Positions 63,385-64,000 of a stretch of 64,000 bases of DNA are shown here, piece after piece (position 1 is the first letter of the stretch; every line of letters starts with the position of its first letter). This stretch comes from Eledone cirrhosa (lineage: Eukaryota): assembly GCA_964016885.1 (NCBI GenBank), contig OZ024744.1, forward strand, positions 34,410,001-34,474,000. Reading direction: 5' to 3'. Made by a program: the position numbers and the translations under genes. Under the pieces are notes generated by a model that saw only the letters and a program-made list of their open reading frames with translations, ran no database searches and was not told where the DNA came from.

Positions 63385-63604
63385 TATAAAGAATTAAAAA
63401 GAACAGAAAGATGCAGTAAAAGAGATTTATTCGGATAATCTCTGATGATATGGGATCGATTGTGCATTGGATATCGAATGGTCTACTAAATATATAATAT
63501 TATAGAAGTAGCGAGAACAAGGCAAATAGATGTCTATTGAAACGTACGTAAGAACCGAATAAATCTCTTTTACTGCATCTTTCTGTTCTTTTTAATTCTT
63601 TATA
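63385..63604. repeat. Perfect 50-bp inverted repeat enclosing a 120-bp spacer
   Basis: TATAAAGAATTAAAAAGAACAGAAAGATGCAGTAAAAGAGATTTATTCGG (63385-63434) is the exact reverse complement of 63555-63604. Confidence 0.97.
63439..63553 (+). ncRNA. Type I hammerhead ribozyme motif with 90-nt stem II domain
   Basis: It reads TCT-CTGATGA-[63449-63538]-GAAAC-GTAC-GTA-AGA. The core is intact, stem I TCT/AGA is continued by the 50-bp inverted repeat, stem III is the palindrome ACGTACGT, and the triplet is GUA. AATAAA follows at 63558. Confidence 0.72.
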
Positions 63605-63644
63605 TATATATATATATATATATATACATAGTCCACACTATATA

Positions 63645-63720
<76 letters not shown>

Positions 63721-63755
63721 GTCCACACACTATATATATATATATATATATATAC

Positions 63756-63788
<33 letters not shown>

Positions 63789-63798
63789 AATATATATA
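63601..63798. repeat. Interrupted (TA)n microsatellite with duplicated CATAGTCCACAC island
   Basis: TA run with CATAGTCCACAC at 63627 and 63717. Confidence 0.97.
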
Positions 63799-64000
63799 TT
63801 CAGGTTTGAGGTTCACCACTGGATAGAGCTGGTCAATTCCGTATGGTCAATCGCAATGTAATAATATAGAGAGTACTCAACGTAAAGCAGTTTAACCGTC
63901 TTTGTTTTTGTAGTTGGTGGTGCTATTACGGAGTTAAATATTATGTTAAATATCATACGGAACCCGGTCATTGAAATGATCATAGTATAATAAACCTTTC

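Noticed and set aside
63385-63604. MITE interpretation of the 50-bp inverted repeat
   Set aside because: Not excluded, but there is no clear target-site duplication (the left flank is CGTG, the right is (TA)n). The spacer is fully occupied by a hammerhead motif, which favours a PLE-type inverted end.

Overview
This is eukaryotic (animal) repetitive DNA with no intact protein-coding gene. Bases 1 to ~56,600 are one uninterrupted head-to-tail array of roughly 1,180 copies of a 48-bp monomer (consensus ATGACCACTTTACAGTGTGGACTGGGTGCCTTTTGTTGTGACGCCGAC). The array has nested higher-order duplications with offsets of 279, 335, 671, 3437, 3577, 3831, 3963, 9921 and 10990-16399 bp. The hundreds of ORFs there are artefacts of a stop-poor 3n monomer. 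The array fades out through one degenerate monomer. About 340 bp later comes a Helitron PIF1-helicase fragment fused to a Helitron-type 3' end (hairpin + CTAG at 57339), so the satellite may be a giant expansion inside a Helitron. The last 6.7 kb is a nest of mobile elements among (TA)n tracts: a tRNA-type SINE with an 18-bp target-site duplication, a Penelope-like GIY-YIG fragment with an inverted partial copy, and a decayed Helitron Rep-helicase gene. It also contains perfect fold-back repeats and four type I hammerhead-ribozyme motifs with palindromic stem III, two of which carry unusually long stem II inserts. The SINE resembles, from memory, cephalopod/mollusc SINEs; this host assignment is unverified.
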